NCBI RefSeq assembly: GCF_006345805.1 | Contig: NC_043001.1 | Coordinates: 11,346,001 to 11,410,000, forward strand | Length of the DNA stretch: 64,000 nt | From: Octopus sinensis | Lineage: Eukaryota | Reading direction: 5' to 3' | Part shown: positions 24,457 to 35,979 of the stretch, one piece after another | How the letters are laid out: each line of letters begins with the position of its first letter | Position numbering within the stretch: the first letter of the stretch is position 1 | Program-made: the position numbers and the translations under genes | The notes under the pieces: generated by a model | Database searches by the model: none | What the model was told of the DNA's origin: nothing | The model's input: the letters and a program-made list of their open reading frames with translations, nothing else

Positions 24457-25260
24457 TGCAAGGTGTTGTCAAAAAGTAACTGATCTTTGGCCACAGAAAA
24501 AAATGAAGTAATATTGAAAAACTCACCATTTTTATTTTGGCTCCTTCAAAGTACTCTCCTTAGTGCTCTACATACTTCTTCCAGCGTTCCTTCCACTGTT
24601 GGAAACATTTCTGGAAATCACTTTTTGTGATGCTGTAGAGCTGTGCCGTCGAATTTTGCTTAAGGTCCTTTGTTGATTCAAATCTTCTCCCTCTGAGTGT
24701 TTTGTCTCTTTTATGAGCTTCGGGAACAGCCAAAAGTCACACGGAACCAAATCTGAGGAGCAGGAAACCCGACGAACAAGTGGTATGTTTTGGTTGACGA
24801 GGAATGCTTGGACAACGTGGGCGGTCTGAGTGGGTGCGTTGTCATGGTGGAGTTTCCAGTTCTTTGCTGCCCACAAGTCAGGTCGTTGTCGTGGCACAAC
24901 TTCACGAATGCGACGAAGAACCCCCAATTAGTGTTCTATGTTAATTGTCTGCCCACAACCTGATTCACTGTCCACTGAGGTGCGGTCATCTTTGAACCGG
25001 TTGTACCATTCCCTTATTTGTGTTTTTCCCATACCATCATCTCCAAAGGCCTTCTGAATCTTCTCAGTAGTCTGGGCCTGCATATCACCAAGTTTTAAGC
25101 AGAATTTAAAACAGTATCTTTGCTCAATGTGCTCTGTCATTTTCACCCAAAAAGAGAAATCGCACAGCATACACTTCATGTCTATACTCAACGCGGCACT
25201 GTGGACAAATGGCGCAAACTACAGACACGAAAATTCTTGCGCATGCTCAGGAAGGACGTG
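24457..25260 (-). mobile_element. Internally deleted mariner element
   Basis: N-terminal EQRYCFKFCLKLG..IREWYNRFKD (HTH) and C-terminal WKLHHDNAP..SDLVPCDFWLFPKL (DD34D-type) joined at ~24930. Confidence 0.88.
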
Positions 25261-25270
25261 CCACATAATA

Positions 25271-26580
25271 CCTATTTCTTTACTACAGAGGGGACAAACA
25301 AGGACAGACACACGGATTAAGTCGATTATATCGACCCAAGTGCGTAACTGGTACTTAATTTATCGACCCCGAAAGGATGAAAGGCAAAGTCGACCTCAGC
25401 GGAATTTGAACTCAGAACGTAACGGCAGTCGAAATACCTATTTCTTTACTACCGACAAGGGGCCAAACACAGAGAGGACAAACAAGGACAGACACACGGA
25501 TTAAGTCGATTATATCGACCCCAGTGCGTAACTGGTACTTAATTATCGACCCGAAAGGATGAAAGGCAAAGTCGACCTCAGCGGAATTTGAACTCAGAAC
25601 GTAACGGCAGTCGAAATACCTATTTCTTTACTACCCACAAGGGCTAAACACAGAGAGGACAAACAAGGACAGACACACGGATTAAGTCGATTATACGACC
25701 CCAGTGCGTAACTGGTACTTAATTTATCGACCCGAAGGATGAAAGGCAAAGTCGACCTCAAGCGGAATTTGAACTCAGAACGTAACGGCAGTCGAAATAC
25801 CTATTTCTTTACTACCCACAAGGGGCCAAACACAGAGAGGACAAACAAGGACAGACACACGGATTAAGTCGATTATATCGACCCAAGTGCGTAACTGGTA
25901 CTTAATTTATCGACCCCGAACTGATGAAAGGCAAAGTCGACCTCAGCGGAATTTGAACTCAGAACGTAACGGCAGTCGAAATACCTATTTCTTTACTACC
26001 CACAAGGGGCTAAACACAGAGAGGACAAACAAGGACAGACACACGGATTAAGTCGATTATATCGACCCAAGTGCGTAACTGGTACTTAATTTATCGACCC
26101 CGAACTGATGAAAGGCAAAGTCGACCTCAGCGGAATTTGAACTCAGAACGTAACGGCAGTCGAAATACCTATTTCTTTACTACCGACAAGGGGCTAAACA
26201 CAGAGAGACAACAAGGACAGACACACGATTAAGTCGATTATATCGACCCAAGTGCGTAACTGGTACTTAATTTAATCGACCCCGAACTGATGAAAGGCAA
26301 AGTCGACCTCAGCGGAATTTGAACTCAGAACGTAACGGCAGTCGAAATACCTATTTCTTTACTACCCACAGGGGCTAAACACAGAGAGGACAAACAAGAC
26401 AGACACACGGATTAGTCGATTATATCGACCCCAGTGGCGTAACTGGTACTTAATTATCGACCCCGAAAGGATGAAAGGCAAAGTCGACCTCGGCGAATTT
26501 GAACTCAGAACGTAACGGCAGACGAAATACGGCTACGCATTTCGCCCGGCGTGCTAACGTTTCTGCCAGCTCGCCGCCTT
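25271..26580 (-). mobile_element. SINE-A head followed by 7 tandem ~182-bp body units
   Basis: cctatttctttactac at 25271, 25437, 25619, 25800, 25984, 26168, 26350; single head at 26521-26580. Confidence 0.92.
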
Positions 26581-27002
26581 TAACGAGTCACGTTATGGCC
26601 ATATAATACCCATAAGGATTTTTCTAACGTATTGTTATTTTGTGCCACAAAATGAAGGTCGGATAATGTTTGACTACACCTCGTATAACATTCAGAAGCA
26701 AGTGTTACATATGAAACAAAATAAAAAAAAATAATAAAGAAAAAAAAAACAGTGTTATGACGCAAAAAAGTAGAGCTGCATTGAAATGCCAGACAAAAAA
26801 AAAACAAAATGATAATACTGGAGAAAAATTTAAAATTAATGAAACTTTATAACTGATTCTTATTTAAATTCCAATGTCTTGGATAATTTAATAATAGTTA
26901 AATTTTCATTTTAGCAATCAACATTCCAAATAGTTTGACTTGGCTAATTTCAAAAGATGCCACCGAAGAAGGAAACCTATTGACTGAATGTCTACATATG
27001 TG

Positions 27003-27043
<41 letters not shown>

Positions 27044-27556
27044 ACAGACACACAGACACACAGACACACACACACACACGTTTGTTTGTATATATATATA
27101 CATATGTGTATGTATACAAACACATACGTGTATGTTTGTATACATTTAAATGTGTATACACAGACATGTTTGCTTGTATGTATATAAATGTCTACGTTTA
27201 CACACACAGTGTATGCTTGCTTGTATATATATATATAAATGTGTATGTAAACATACACACATGCATCCTTGTTTGTATACATATAAAAGTTTTATTTATA
27301 CACACACATATTTGTTTGTATATATATATAAATGTGTATGTATACACATGCATACGTGTATATTTACTTGTATATATATATATATATGTATATTGTGTGT
27401 GTGTGTGTGTATGTATACAAATGCATACGTGTATATTTGCTTGTATATATATATATAATTTAATTATTATATATTATATATATATAAAATTATATATATA
27501 TATATATATATAAAAAATGTGTATGTATACACACACATACGTGTATATTTGTATAT

Positions 27557-27587
<31 letters not shown>

Positions 27588-27899
27588 TGTGTGTGTTGTG
27601 TGTGTGTGTGTGTGTGTATGGACACACACACACACACATGTATGTTTGTTTGTATACATATAAATGTGTACACACACATATACACATATATGCTTGTGCG
27701 TGTGAACGTTTGCGTATAAGATTTCCGTGCAGAAGACATATTAGCGATCGAGTAAAAATTTTGACACCAAATGTTTAATTGCAGTCAACTAGTTTTGTTT
27801 GTTTGGAACGGATAATGTGTGTCCTCCGCTGTTTAATTATATGAGTTTCAGTTCCATGTCTGAGAGCAAATCACTTGCCAGACAAGTTAATCTCCAAAA

Positions 27900-28028
27900 G
27901 ATACATACATACTACATACATACATACATACATTCATATACATACATACATATACATACATACATACGTAGATACATACATACATACATACATACATACA
28001 TACGTAGATGCATACATACATGCATACA

Positions 28029-28060
<32 letters not shown>

Positions 28061-28235
28061 CATACATACATACGTAGATGCATACATACATACATACATA
28101 CATACATACATACATGCATACATAACATACATACATACATACATAACATACATACATAACATACATACATACGTACATACATACATACATACATACATAA
28201 CATACATACATACATATATACATACATACACATTA
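27900..28235. repeat. (CATA)n microsatellite
   Basis: Direct reading. Confidence 0.97.
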
Positions 28236-28491
28236 TAAAGTAAGAGCAGGAAAAATTACATCAAAAAAATCATCACAGAAGATATACGTTCAAAATAATA
28301 TTGTATTAATAAATAGACATACAAATATCTAAAGTATTTCGTTTTGGGAATTGGTTTGCAAGATTCTTTGTGTGAGTTTGTGTGTTGAAGCATATTCTGT
28401 TGTGTCTGGGGAGAATTATTTTCATTTTGTGCCTTATAATGTAACAACTCACTGGTAAAATTTCCACTTATTTAAAAATTTTTTTATTTTT

Positions 28492-28528
28492 CTAAAATTT
28501 TCGTTGCGTCTTGTAACCTTTTCAATAG
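28492..28528 (-). ncRNA. Hammerhead-like motif, U3:A8 core variant
   Basis: Minus strand cta TTGAAAA g GTTAC aagac GCAAC GAAA att t tag. Confidence 0.5.
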
Positions 28529-28530
28529 TC

Positions 28531-28565
28531 TTGAGAAGGCTGCAAGACGCAACGAAAATTATAGG
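28531..28565 (+). ncRNA. Hammerhead-like motif, U3:A8 core variant (5' strand of stem I deleted)
   Basis: TTGAGAA g GCTGC aagac GCAAC GAAA att a tagg. Confidence 0.45.
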
Positions 28566-29099
28566 AAGATAAAAATATAAAATAAGTGGAAATTTTACCG
28601 GTGAGTTGTTACATTATAAGGCACAAAATGAAAATGACTCTCCCCAGACACAACAGAATATCTAAAGTATGATTATGTAAAAAGTTTAAAATATCTTACG
28701 ATCGTTTCATGAATGTATTATCCTTCTAAATGAAATCTAAAATTGATTATCATTATTCGGCAGTGCATCCACTCGTCAGATAACAAAAGGATAAATTTCA
28801 GCGAAGTTAATCGAATGCTATTTAAAATAAATGAAAAAGATGTTGTTTAAAAAGTAACTGGCATAGATGTGCTTTGGTCCAAAGATTTTAGATATTTCGC
28901 TACCAAGAGCGCTTATTCGAAATTCAGTATATTGTATTCTCATTGAATATATTTTCGATTAACTATGTACATATATATGAATATGTATACAAACACACAA
29001 AGTGGTGAACTCTTTTCATGAAAGCGAACTCGTGTCATGCACAGCGTAAGGATCAATTTATTGAGCTATTAAATTAAAGTATTAACTAGAAAGAGACAA

Positions 29100-29364
29100 A
29101 TTTCAAGCACAATAATTCTCATCAAAGCCGACACGTATCTAAACGTGGAGGGTATATATAAAACTTTACATATATGCCAATGTATAACATATAAAAACAT
29201 TTATATATATACATATATGTATAAACATATGTATATGTACATATATTTACATATGTATGTATTTATATATATATGTTTTTATATGTTACATGTTCGCATA
29301 TTTACAATAGCTTAAATACACCCTCTGTGTCGGCTTTGATGAGGAGAATTATTTACCTTGAAAT
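29100..29364. mobile_element. MITE-like element with ~50-bp TIRs around a TA-rich core
   Basis: atttcaag..aataattctcatcaaagccgacac / gtgtcggctttgatgaggagaattatttaccttgaaat. Confidence 0.65.
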
Positions 29365-29394
29365 TTATATCTTTCTAAGTGATACTTTAATATA

Positions 29395-29430
<36 letters not shown>

Positions 29431-29471
29431 TGTATGTATGTATGTATGTATGTATGTGGTACATGTGTATG

Positions 29472-29505
<34 letters not shown>

Positions 29506-29509
<4 letters not shown>

Positions 29510-29740
29510 ACAATTGAGGGTAAAATTAATTAATCAATTTCACCAAGTGTTCAGTATGTAAAAGGACCATTTAAGGCGAATTCATTCAAAATTTACATTA
29601 TATAATTAGGGCTTATTAAAATAAATTACTTTGCCACATACTGGACTTAGTAGAAATAGCAGCCAAAAAAATTTTTTTAGCCATTTCTACTACTTAAAGA
29701 AAATTTCTCTCAGATAATGTTTACTCCAGACAGCTCACGT
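29506..29740 (+). mobile_element. Diverged partial copy of the 558-bp unit at 61.4 kb
   Basis: tcaacaattgagggtaaaattaattaatcaatttcaccaagt...ggaccatttaaggcgaattca; follows a (TA)n tract as at 61.4 kb. Confidence 0.85.
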
Positions 29741-29741
29741 C

Positions 29742-29782
<41 letters not shown>

Positions 29783-30182
29783 ACATATACAAAATATGGG
29801 ATTTAGTTCACAGGTGACTAGGTACGCTGGGTAAATGCGTTCGCACATACACACACACACACTTGGCATATGTTGTCGTGAATTACTCGAAATATAGAAT
29901 AGAAAAACAGCCGACAACTGATGAAGAGTCGTTCTTTATGTTGCTTGTGTAGTCTTCCATTCGTATGTATACTGTGTATACATATATGTAAATTAAGCAT
30001 ATCTACAAAGATTTTGGCACATAGGAATTTAGGTATTTACTATCCTTCATATACAAGCCTACCTACATTCATACTTACATATCCTACATACATATATACG
30101 CATGTTTATGTGTGCACGTATATATGTATGTATGTATGTATATATTTATGTATGTATGTATCTATGTATGTATGTATCTATG

Positions 30183-30218
<36 letters not shown>

Positions 30219-30296
30219 CATATAAAGGGTTGCAAATATTCTTAGAAATATCACGAACAGTGACCTAGCATGTATAAAATAGTGTACGTTTAAACA

Positions 30297-30432
30297 CAAG
30301 AAAAACTACCTTTAACAGATAATTTTTTACACGCTAAAAGAAGCAGTCAAAATGTGTTCTTAAATGTGGTTTTGGTAGTTTTGACTGCTTCTTCTAGCGT
30401 GTAAAAATTACTTGCTAAAGGTAGTTTTATCT

Positions 30433-30434
<2 letters not shown>
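30297..30434. repeat. Fold-back palindrome
   Basis: caagaaaaactaccttt..tttacacgcta.aagaagcagtcaaaa / ttttgactgcttctt.tagcgtgtaaa..aaaggtagtttt.tcttg. Confidence 0.8.
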
Positions 30435-30510
<76 letters not shown>

Positions 30511-31077
30511 CCACATATATGTGTTTGTGTGTTATTTATGTGTAGTAAACTCAACTTGCATATTGAAAACAAAGGGCTTTAGTTTCCATGCAAAAGCGTT
30601 TGTGCGAAAATGTTGCTTTTTTAGAATACAGAATATATGAAAAACAACCACATGTTATAGACACATTAAGATATTACTTTGGGGTGATATCTTTTTCCTG
30701 GTAAATCGTTATATTGTTATTATAGAATGTTACATATCAAGGGAAACACAGATTATATGAACAGAAGTAACGCTTCTCATTTTATGAAAGACAGTACATG
30801 AAAACCCATTGAATATTTTAACTATTTCCGGGGCATTAATAAACCGTGTGACAGATGTATTGGGGGAAATGGCGTATAAAGAATTCAGCAATATTCGACA
30901 TTTCGTTGCAGATGTAGCTAGATTTAGAAGAAAGAATGGTATTCTAATACAGGAATAAATATAGAAAAAGAGACTTTGAAAATACTGCTGACATTTAGAA
31001 ACAACGACATTTTTGCACAAAAGGAAAATAAAATCGTTAAAGTAGATATATAATTTCTGATTTATATAACAAATATG

Positions 31078-31166
<89 letters not shown>

Positions 31167-31292
31167 ATATATATATATTACACCCATATACCACCACAGA
31201 CACAACACACATATATATATATATATTATATATATATAATATATATATATATGTATATATATTTATATATATATATATTATATATTTAGATA

Positions 31293-31335
<43 letters not shown>

Positions 31336-31584
31336 GGTGTGTGCTTGCTTGTGGCGTTGTTACTAACTCCTATATCGTTTTATTGATTTTGATCAATGTT
31401 GACACGTGAGAACTCATTTCTGAAAACCTTGTGACATACTTAGATTGTTGAAAAAAATCGTTAATACGGCCCCTGGAAGGGATCTTTACATCTACCTCAT
31501 ATAACTAATTTTTTTTTAAACACCCAAGGCAAATAACCCATAGCACCTTTACAATTGTTTTAAACACTCAAGGGAAATAACCTA

Positions 31585-31618
<34 letters not shown>

Positions 31619-31657
31619 ATATATATGTATATATCTATATATAGTAAAGTTTATATG

Positions 31658-31999
31658 CCAACAGAATGTGGCAGTCCTATAAAGGACGGTGTTACTGTTG
31701 TTTTAGCCCCAGGAAAACCTCTTTTCCAGCTGGTTATCGACACACAGTTTGTGTCCATATATTTGCAGGAAGGGAGTATCGTTGCTATCTCTAGCCTTAC
31801 GTGATACTCACAGACATATTTTTTTAGGTAGTTACCCGTGCTGAGTGTGAGACAACCACATGCCAGAGATCGGGGCGATGACTCCCTTTGCAAAGAGTAT
31901 ACGGGCACAAACAATGTGTCGATAGCCAGCTGAAAACTAGGTTTTTGTGGGGTCCAAAACAACAGTAATATCCTTTACAGGGCTGCCACATTCTGTTGG
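31658..31999. mobile_element. MITE with ~120-bp imperfect TIRs, probable TA target
   Basis: ccaacagaatgtggcagtcct..ccagctggttatcgacaca / tgtgtcgatagccagctg..gggctgccacattctgttgg. Confidence 0.75.
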
Positions 32000-32538
32000 T
32001 ACTGTATATCTTTCGCCCAGAGATTTAAAACGAGTTGTTTCTGTATGTTTGTCTATCTGTCTGCATGTCTGTCCATCTGTCTGTCTCTGTAAATATATTT
32101 GTATTTATATATATGTGTATATATTCATATAAATATATAGACATACATACATATATAAATAAGAACATATATATGTATATATGTATGCATATATATATAT
32201 ATATATGTACACACACCACACCACACACACACACACACATGAATGGCATACGGCATCAACTGATGAAAAATGTATAAGCCATTCATACAAATTTCCAAAA
32301 CGATAATTTTATTTTGAAAATATGTTTCTCACTATTTTACAAATCTATTTCTAAACTTTTGTGGATGATTAGAATTAAATAATATATTACAATATATTTT
32401 TTTATCAGTGCAACAAAGCATAAAGATTTTCTCTGTTCCTTTCTTTCACAACAACCTATAAAATCTATGACTAAACATTGTAAATTATTTACAACAATAT
32501 TTGTGTACACACGTAAAATCATATCATATAATAGATAG

Positions 32539-32573
<35 letters not shown>

Positions 32574-32628
32574 ATAATGTATATATAATATATATATAAT
32601 AATATATATATATTATATATATATATGC

Positions 32629-32664
<36 letters not shown>

Positions 32665-32694
32665 ATATATATCTATATATAATATTATTATGCA

Positions 32695-32776
<82 letters not shown>

Positions 32777-33102
32777 GTATGGTTAATTTATGGAAAGGAG
32801 TCCTATAAGAAAACATCAATTTATTTAAAATGGAGGAAACAGGTTATTGAAATATATAACAAGTTTAATTCTTGCAGACAATCGTTTCGTACTTCTATCT
32901 TCCATTTTAAACTAAACTGATGAGTTTTATGGGAGTTCATTCCATAAATTCACCAGACGTTATATACGCCTGTAAAATACCAAAAATGTATGACGAACCA
33001 ACATTAGAAATCTGTTTTTGGAAACCTCCAAATTAAAGGACGAATCTACATTCAACTTTTTACACCTGTATTATATATATATATATATAATACTGGTGTA
33101 AA

Positions 33103-33334
33103 AAGGCGGCGAGCTGCCAGAAACGTTAGCACGCGGGGCGAAATGCGTAGCCGTATTTCGTCTGCCGTTACGTTCTGAGTTCAAATTCCGCCGAGGTCGA
33201 CTTTGCCTGTCATCCTTTCGGGGTCGATTAAATAAGTACCAGTTACGCACTGGGGTCGATATAATCGACTTAATCCGTTTGTCTGTCCTTGTTTGTACCC
33301 TCTGTGTTTGGCCCTTGTGGGTAGTAAAGAAATA
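33103..33334 (+). mobile_element. SINE-A monomer
   Basis: Full head and one unit. Confidence 0.9.
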
Positions 33335-33709
33335 TATATATATATATATATATAATTACAGTGTGTCTTGACATGTTGTGTCTCATCAGTTAAAAGTACG
33401 CGGGCCTTTAAACCCAAACAAGCCACTAACTTTGTTTATAATTTTAGCTGACCAATATAAAATTAATAACATTATTTGCTATGTGTACAGCGAGATCTGG
33501 AACGATGATTCGCATATTAGTTATTAATACGTTTCTCCATCTTTACCGTTCTGAGTTCAAATTCATCCGGGGTTGACTTTGCCTTTCATCATGTTGGGAT
33601 CGATAAATAAAGTACTAGTGAAATACTGCAGTTGATATAATCAGCTGGTCCCGTACCTCAAAATTTCAGGTCTTCTGCCTCTAGTAGAAAGGATTAATAC
33701 GTTCCGGAG

Positions 33710-33770
<61 letters not shown>

Positions 33771-34050
33771 AACACCCGCAGTGTATCTACCGATACTATA
33801 CAGTTTTTAGAAAGACATTTGGATTTATCAAAGTGAGGATTTATCATTGTAGTAAATTCAACTAACTGGAGTTCAACAACATTCATTGAGGCTAGCCAGC
33901 ATTGCTAAGCCGATAAGAGCGAGCACGGGACCCGCTAGAATTATATATCCCCTTAACCACAGTTCGGAAAGTTACTTTGATATATTATATATATAATATA
34001 TAATATATATATATATAATCAAAATAAGCAACAAGAATGGATCCGGTAAT

Positions 34051-34137
34051 TTAGTACAATTGTTTCATACTATAACATTTTTATTAAAAGCTGTAAATAT
34101 TACAGCATATATACTATGTCGAGTAATCTTCAGCTAA
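34051..34137 (-). ncRNA. Hammerhead-like motif with long stem II
   Basis: Minus strand ttag CTGAAGA t tact...agta t GAAA caattg t a ctaa; palindromic stem III ACAATTGT, GUA site, 4-bp stem I. Confidence 0.45.
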
Positions 34138-34153
34138 TTTAGGTAGGTTTTCC

Positions 34154-34410
34154 AATAATATAAAGTTCTCAATCAATTAGTAACATCTTAGGGAAGGTAA
34201 ATATACAGATAAAGATGTAGATATGAATTTCAGAACATAAGGTAGTATTGTTAGGATGCCAACCAGACCAAAATTAAGTTCACACTTAATTTTGGTCTGG
34301 TTGGCATCCTAACAATACTACCTTATTTCCTGAAATTCATATCTACATCTTTATCTGTATATTTACCTTCCCTAAGATGTTACTAATTGATTTGAGAACT
34401 TTATATTATT
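34154..34410. repeat. Near-perfect 257-bp palindrome adjoining the HHR-like motif
   Basis: ~125-bp arms with only 2-3 differences; loop ttcaca at ~34279-34284. Confidence 0.92.
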
Positions 34411-34528
34411 TCGGATGCTGGGGCTGAAGTCTGCTCCGGCATCTCATTAGTTATTAGGGGAAACAAGCGTTTTTGTTTTTCTTAATATCTGATGTGATGC
34501 CGGAGCAGACGTCGGCCCAGCATCCGAA
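34410..34528. repeat. Small GC-rich inverted repeat (MITE-like)
   Basis: ttcggatgctgg.gctga.gtctgctccggcatc / gatgccggagcagacgtcggcccagcatccgaa. Confidence 0.7.
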
Positions 34529-34609
34529 ACTCCGAGTTTTATTATTATGACAACCAACCAATTATCACACACACACACACAATATATATATAAATACATA
34601 CATTCATAC

Positions 34610-34676
<67 letters not shown>

Positions 34677-35197
34677 GTATATATATAAAGAAAAAGAATG
34701 ATTAGCCCCCAATGTATTTGGTTGGAGTTGTTAGAACTTAAGAAGTTGATCTAGCACCACATTACATAAAATTTCGTTGGTAAATATGCGCGTTTACATG
34801 TAACAGAAAATATTATTTCAACATACGGACAGATATGATGTGTAGAAATTTTCTACAAAACATATTAAGGTATAAAACGGATCATCTACAGATATTCTTA
34901 AAATTCTTATTGTATGCAGACATAATCAGCGATAACTTTTGAAAATCGACAAAGCTATGTAGGATACTTTTAGGTTGTGAAACGGTCTCAGAAAGAGGAA
35001 GATATCTGAAGTACTGTTGCCAACTTAAATTTCAGTATGGTTACTATAAGATGTATCTGGAAAATAAGGCAAGGTCTATGAACTTTGTAAGCGACCTAAG
35101 ACAAATCCGATTATTTGTGATATGGTCGACATTACTTCTACGCTGTAGCTGTTCGATGTCAGGAGAAGGAAAGATGGACTGAACGAGTGGGCGATAA

Positions 35198-35588
35198 TCT
35201 TTATATATAAAAGTGAAGTTGTGTGCTGTCTGTCTCCTACGATTTAGATTCCTAACTACTCCCACATTTTGCGGTGCAGTTTAACCAAAACCGGTATCTT
35301 ATAGTCGGATTCATATCGAGCCCTTCTGGGTATTAGCGCGCGTCTACGATGAGTCTACGATTTAAAAAAAAATTACCATCATTTTTTTCCCATTTTTAAT
35401 GCATTTTTGGCATATATAAGGGAAGTACTCTCTAAAATTTATTATTAAATTTCAGAACGTAAAAAGCTACAGTAACCCCCCCCCTTTGTGGTTAGCCATA
35501 TTGAGATGGCTATTATACTTTACATCTCTAAAAATGCTTATATAGTTATTTCCCCTACAAGCCGAGTAACGCCGGGCGATACTGCTAG
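35198..35588 (+). mobile_element. Non-autonomous Helitron, subfamily H1
   Basis: A|TC start, 3' hairpin (ccg..cgg) then CTAG|T; same family at 42558-42954. Confidence 0.88.
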
Positions 35589-35979
35589 TCTTATATATAA
35601 AGCTGAAGTTGTCTGTGTATGGCAGGTTTGATAGCCTTCAACTAACACTATCTCCTCCGAGACCCTGCGGTGCAAGTTGACCAAAATTGAGAGTATGATA
35701 GAAGAAGGCTTGCCCTTTCTTCTGTAGCAGATAAAATTCAAAGCGGACCGTGTTAATACCAAAAATTATTTACATAAAAAAGGTGCTTTTTTTTTCTATG
35801 AAAATCCCTATTTTTTACGATTTGTTAACTGCCGTGTCGCCATTTTTCGGTGTATTTCAACCAGAAAAATGTTCACTTAAAGAGAATAACAAGCTACATA
35901 ATGCAAAAGTTTTAGTTTTTAAAAATTCCAGTTCTAAAGGGTCGAAACAAACCCGAGCAACGCCGGGCGACACTGCTAG
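35589..35979 (+). mobile_element. Non-autonomous Helitron, subfamily H2, head-to-tail with H1
   Basis: TCttatatataaagctgaagttg...acccgagcaacgccgggcgacactgCTAG|t; same family at 57744-58134. Confidence 0.88.

Larger units (their letters stand above)
28392..28661. mobile_element. Fold-back element with two divergent hammerhead-like cores at its centre
   Basis: Arms 28392-28528 and 28531-28661 are near-perfect reverse complements; 14-bp direct repeat aatatctaaagtat at 28324-28337 and 28657-28670. Confidence 0.8.

Noticed and set aside
25271-26580. CRISPR-like array
   Set aside because: Units are whole ~182-bp SINE bodies with no unique spacers; eukaryotic context and no cas genes.
29885-29925. 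actc-GAAATAT...CTGATGA-a-gagt (permuted HHR-like)
   Set aside because: No stem I pairing between the two half-cores.
30788-30960. Stop-free 56-codon stretch KTVHENPLNILTISGAL..
   Set aside because: No recognisable domain and weak splice sites; cannot be supported without a search.
32240-32310. CTGATGA within an atgaatggc/gccattcat hairpin
   Set aside because: No correctly placed GAAA or stem II.
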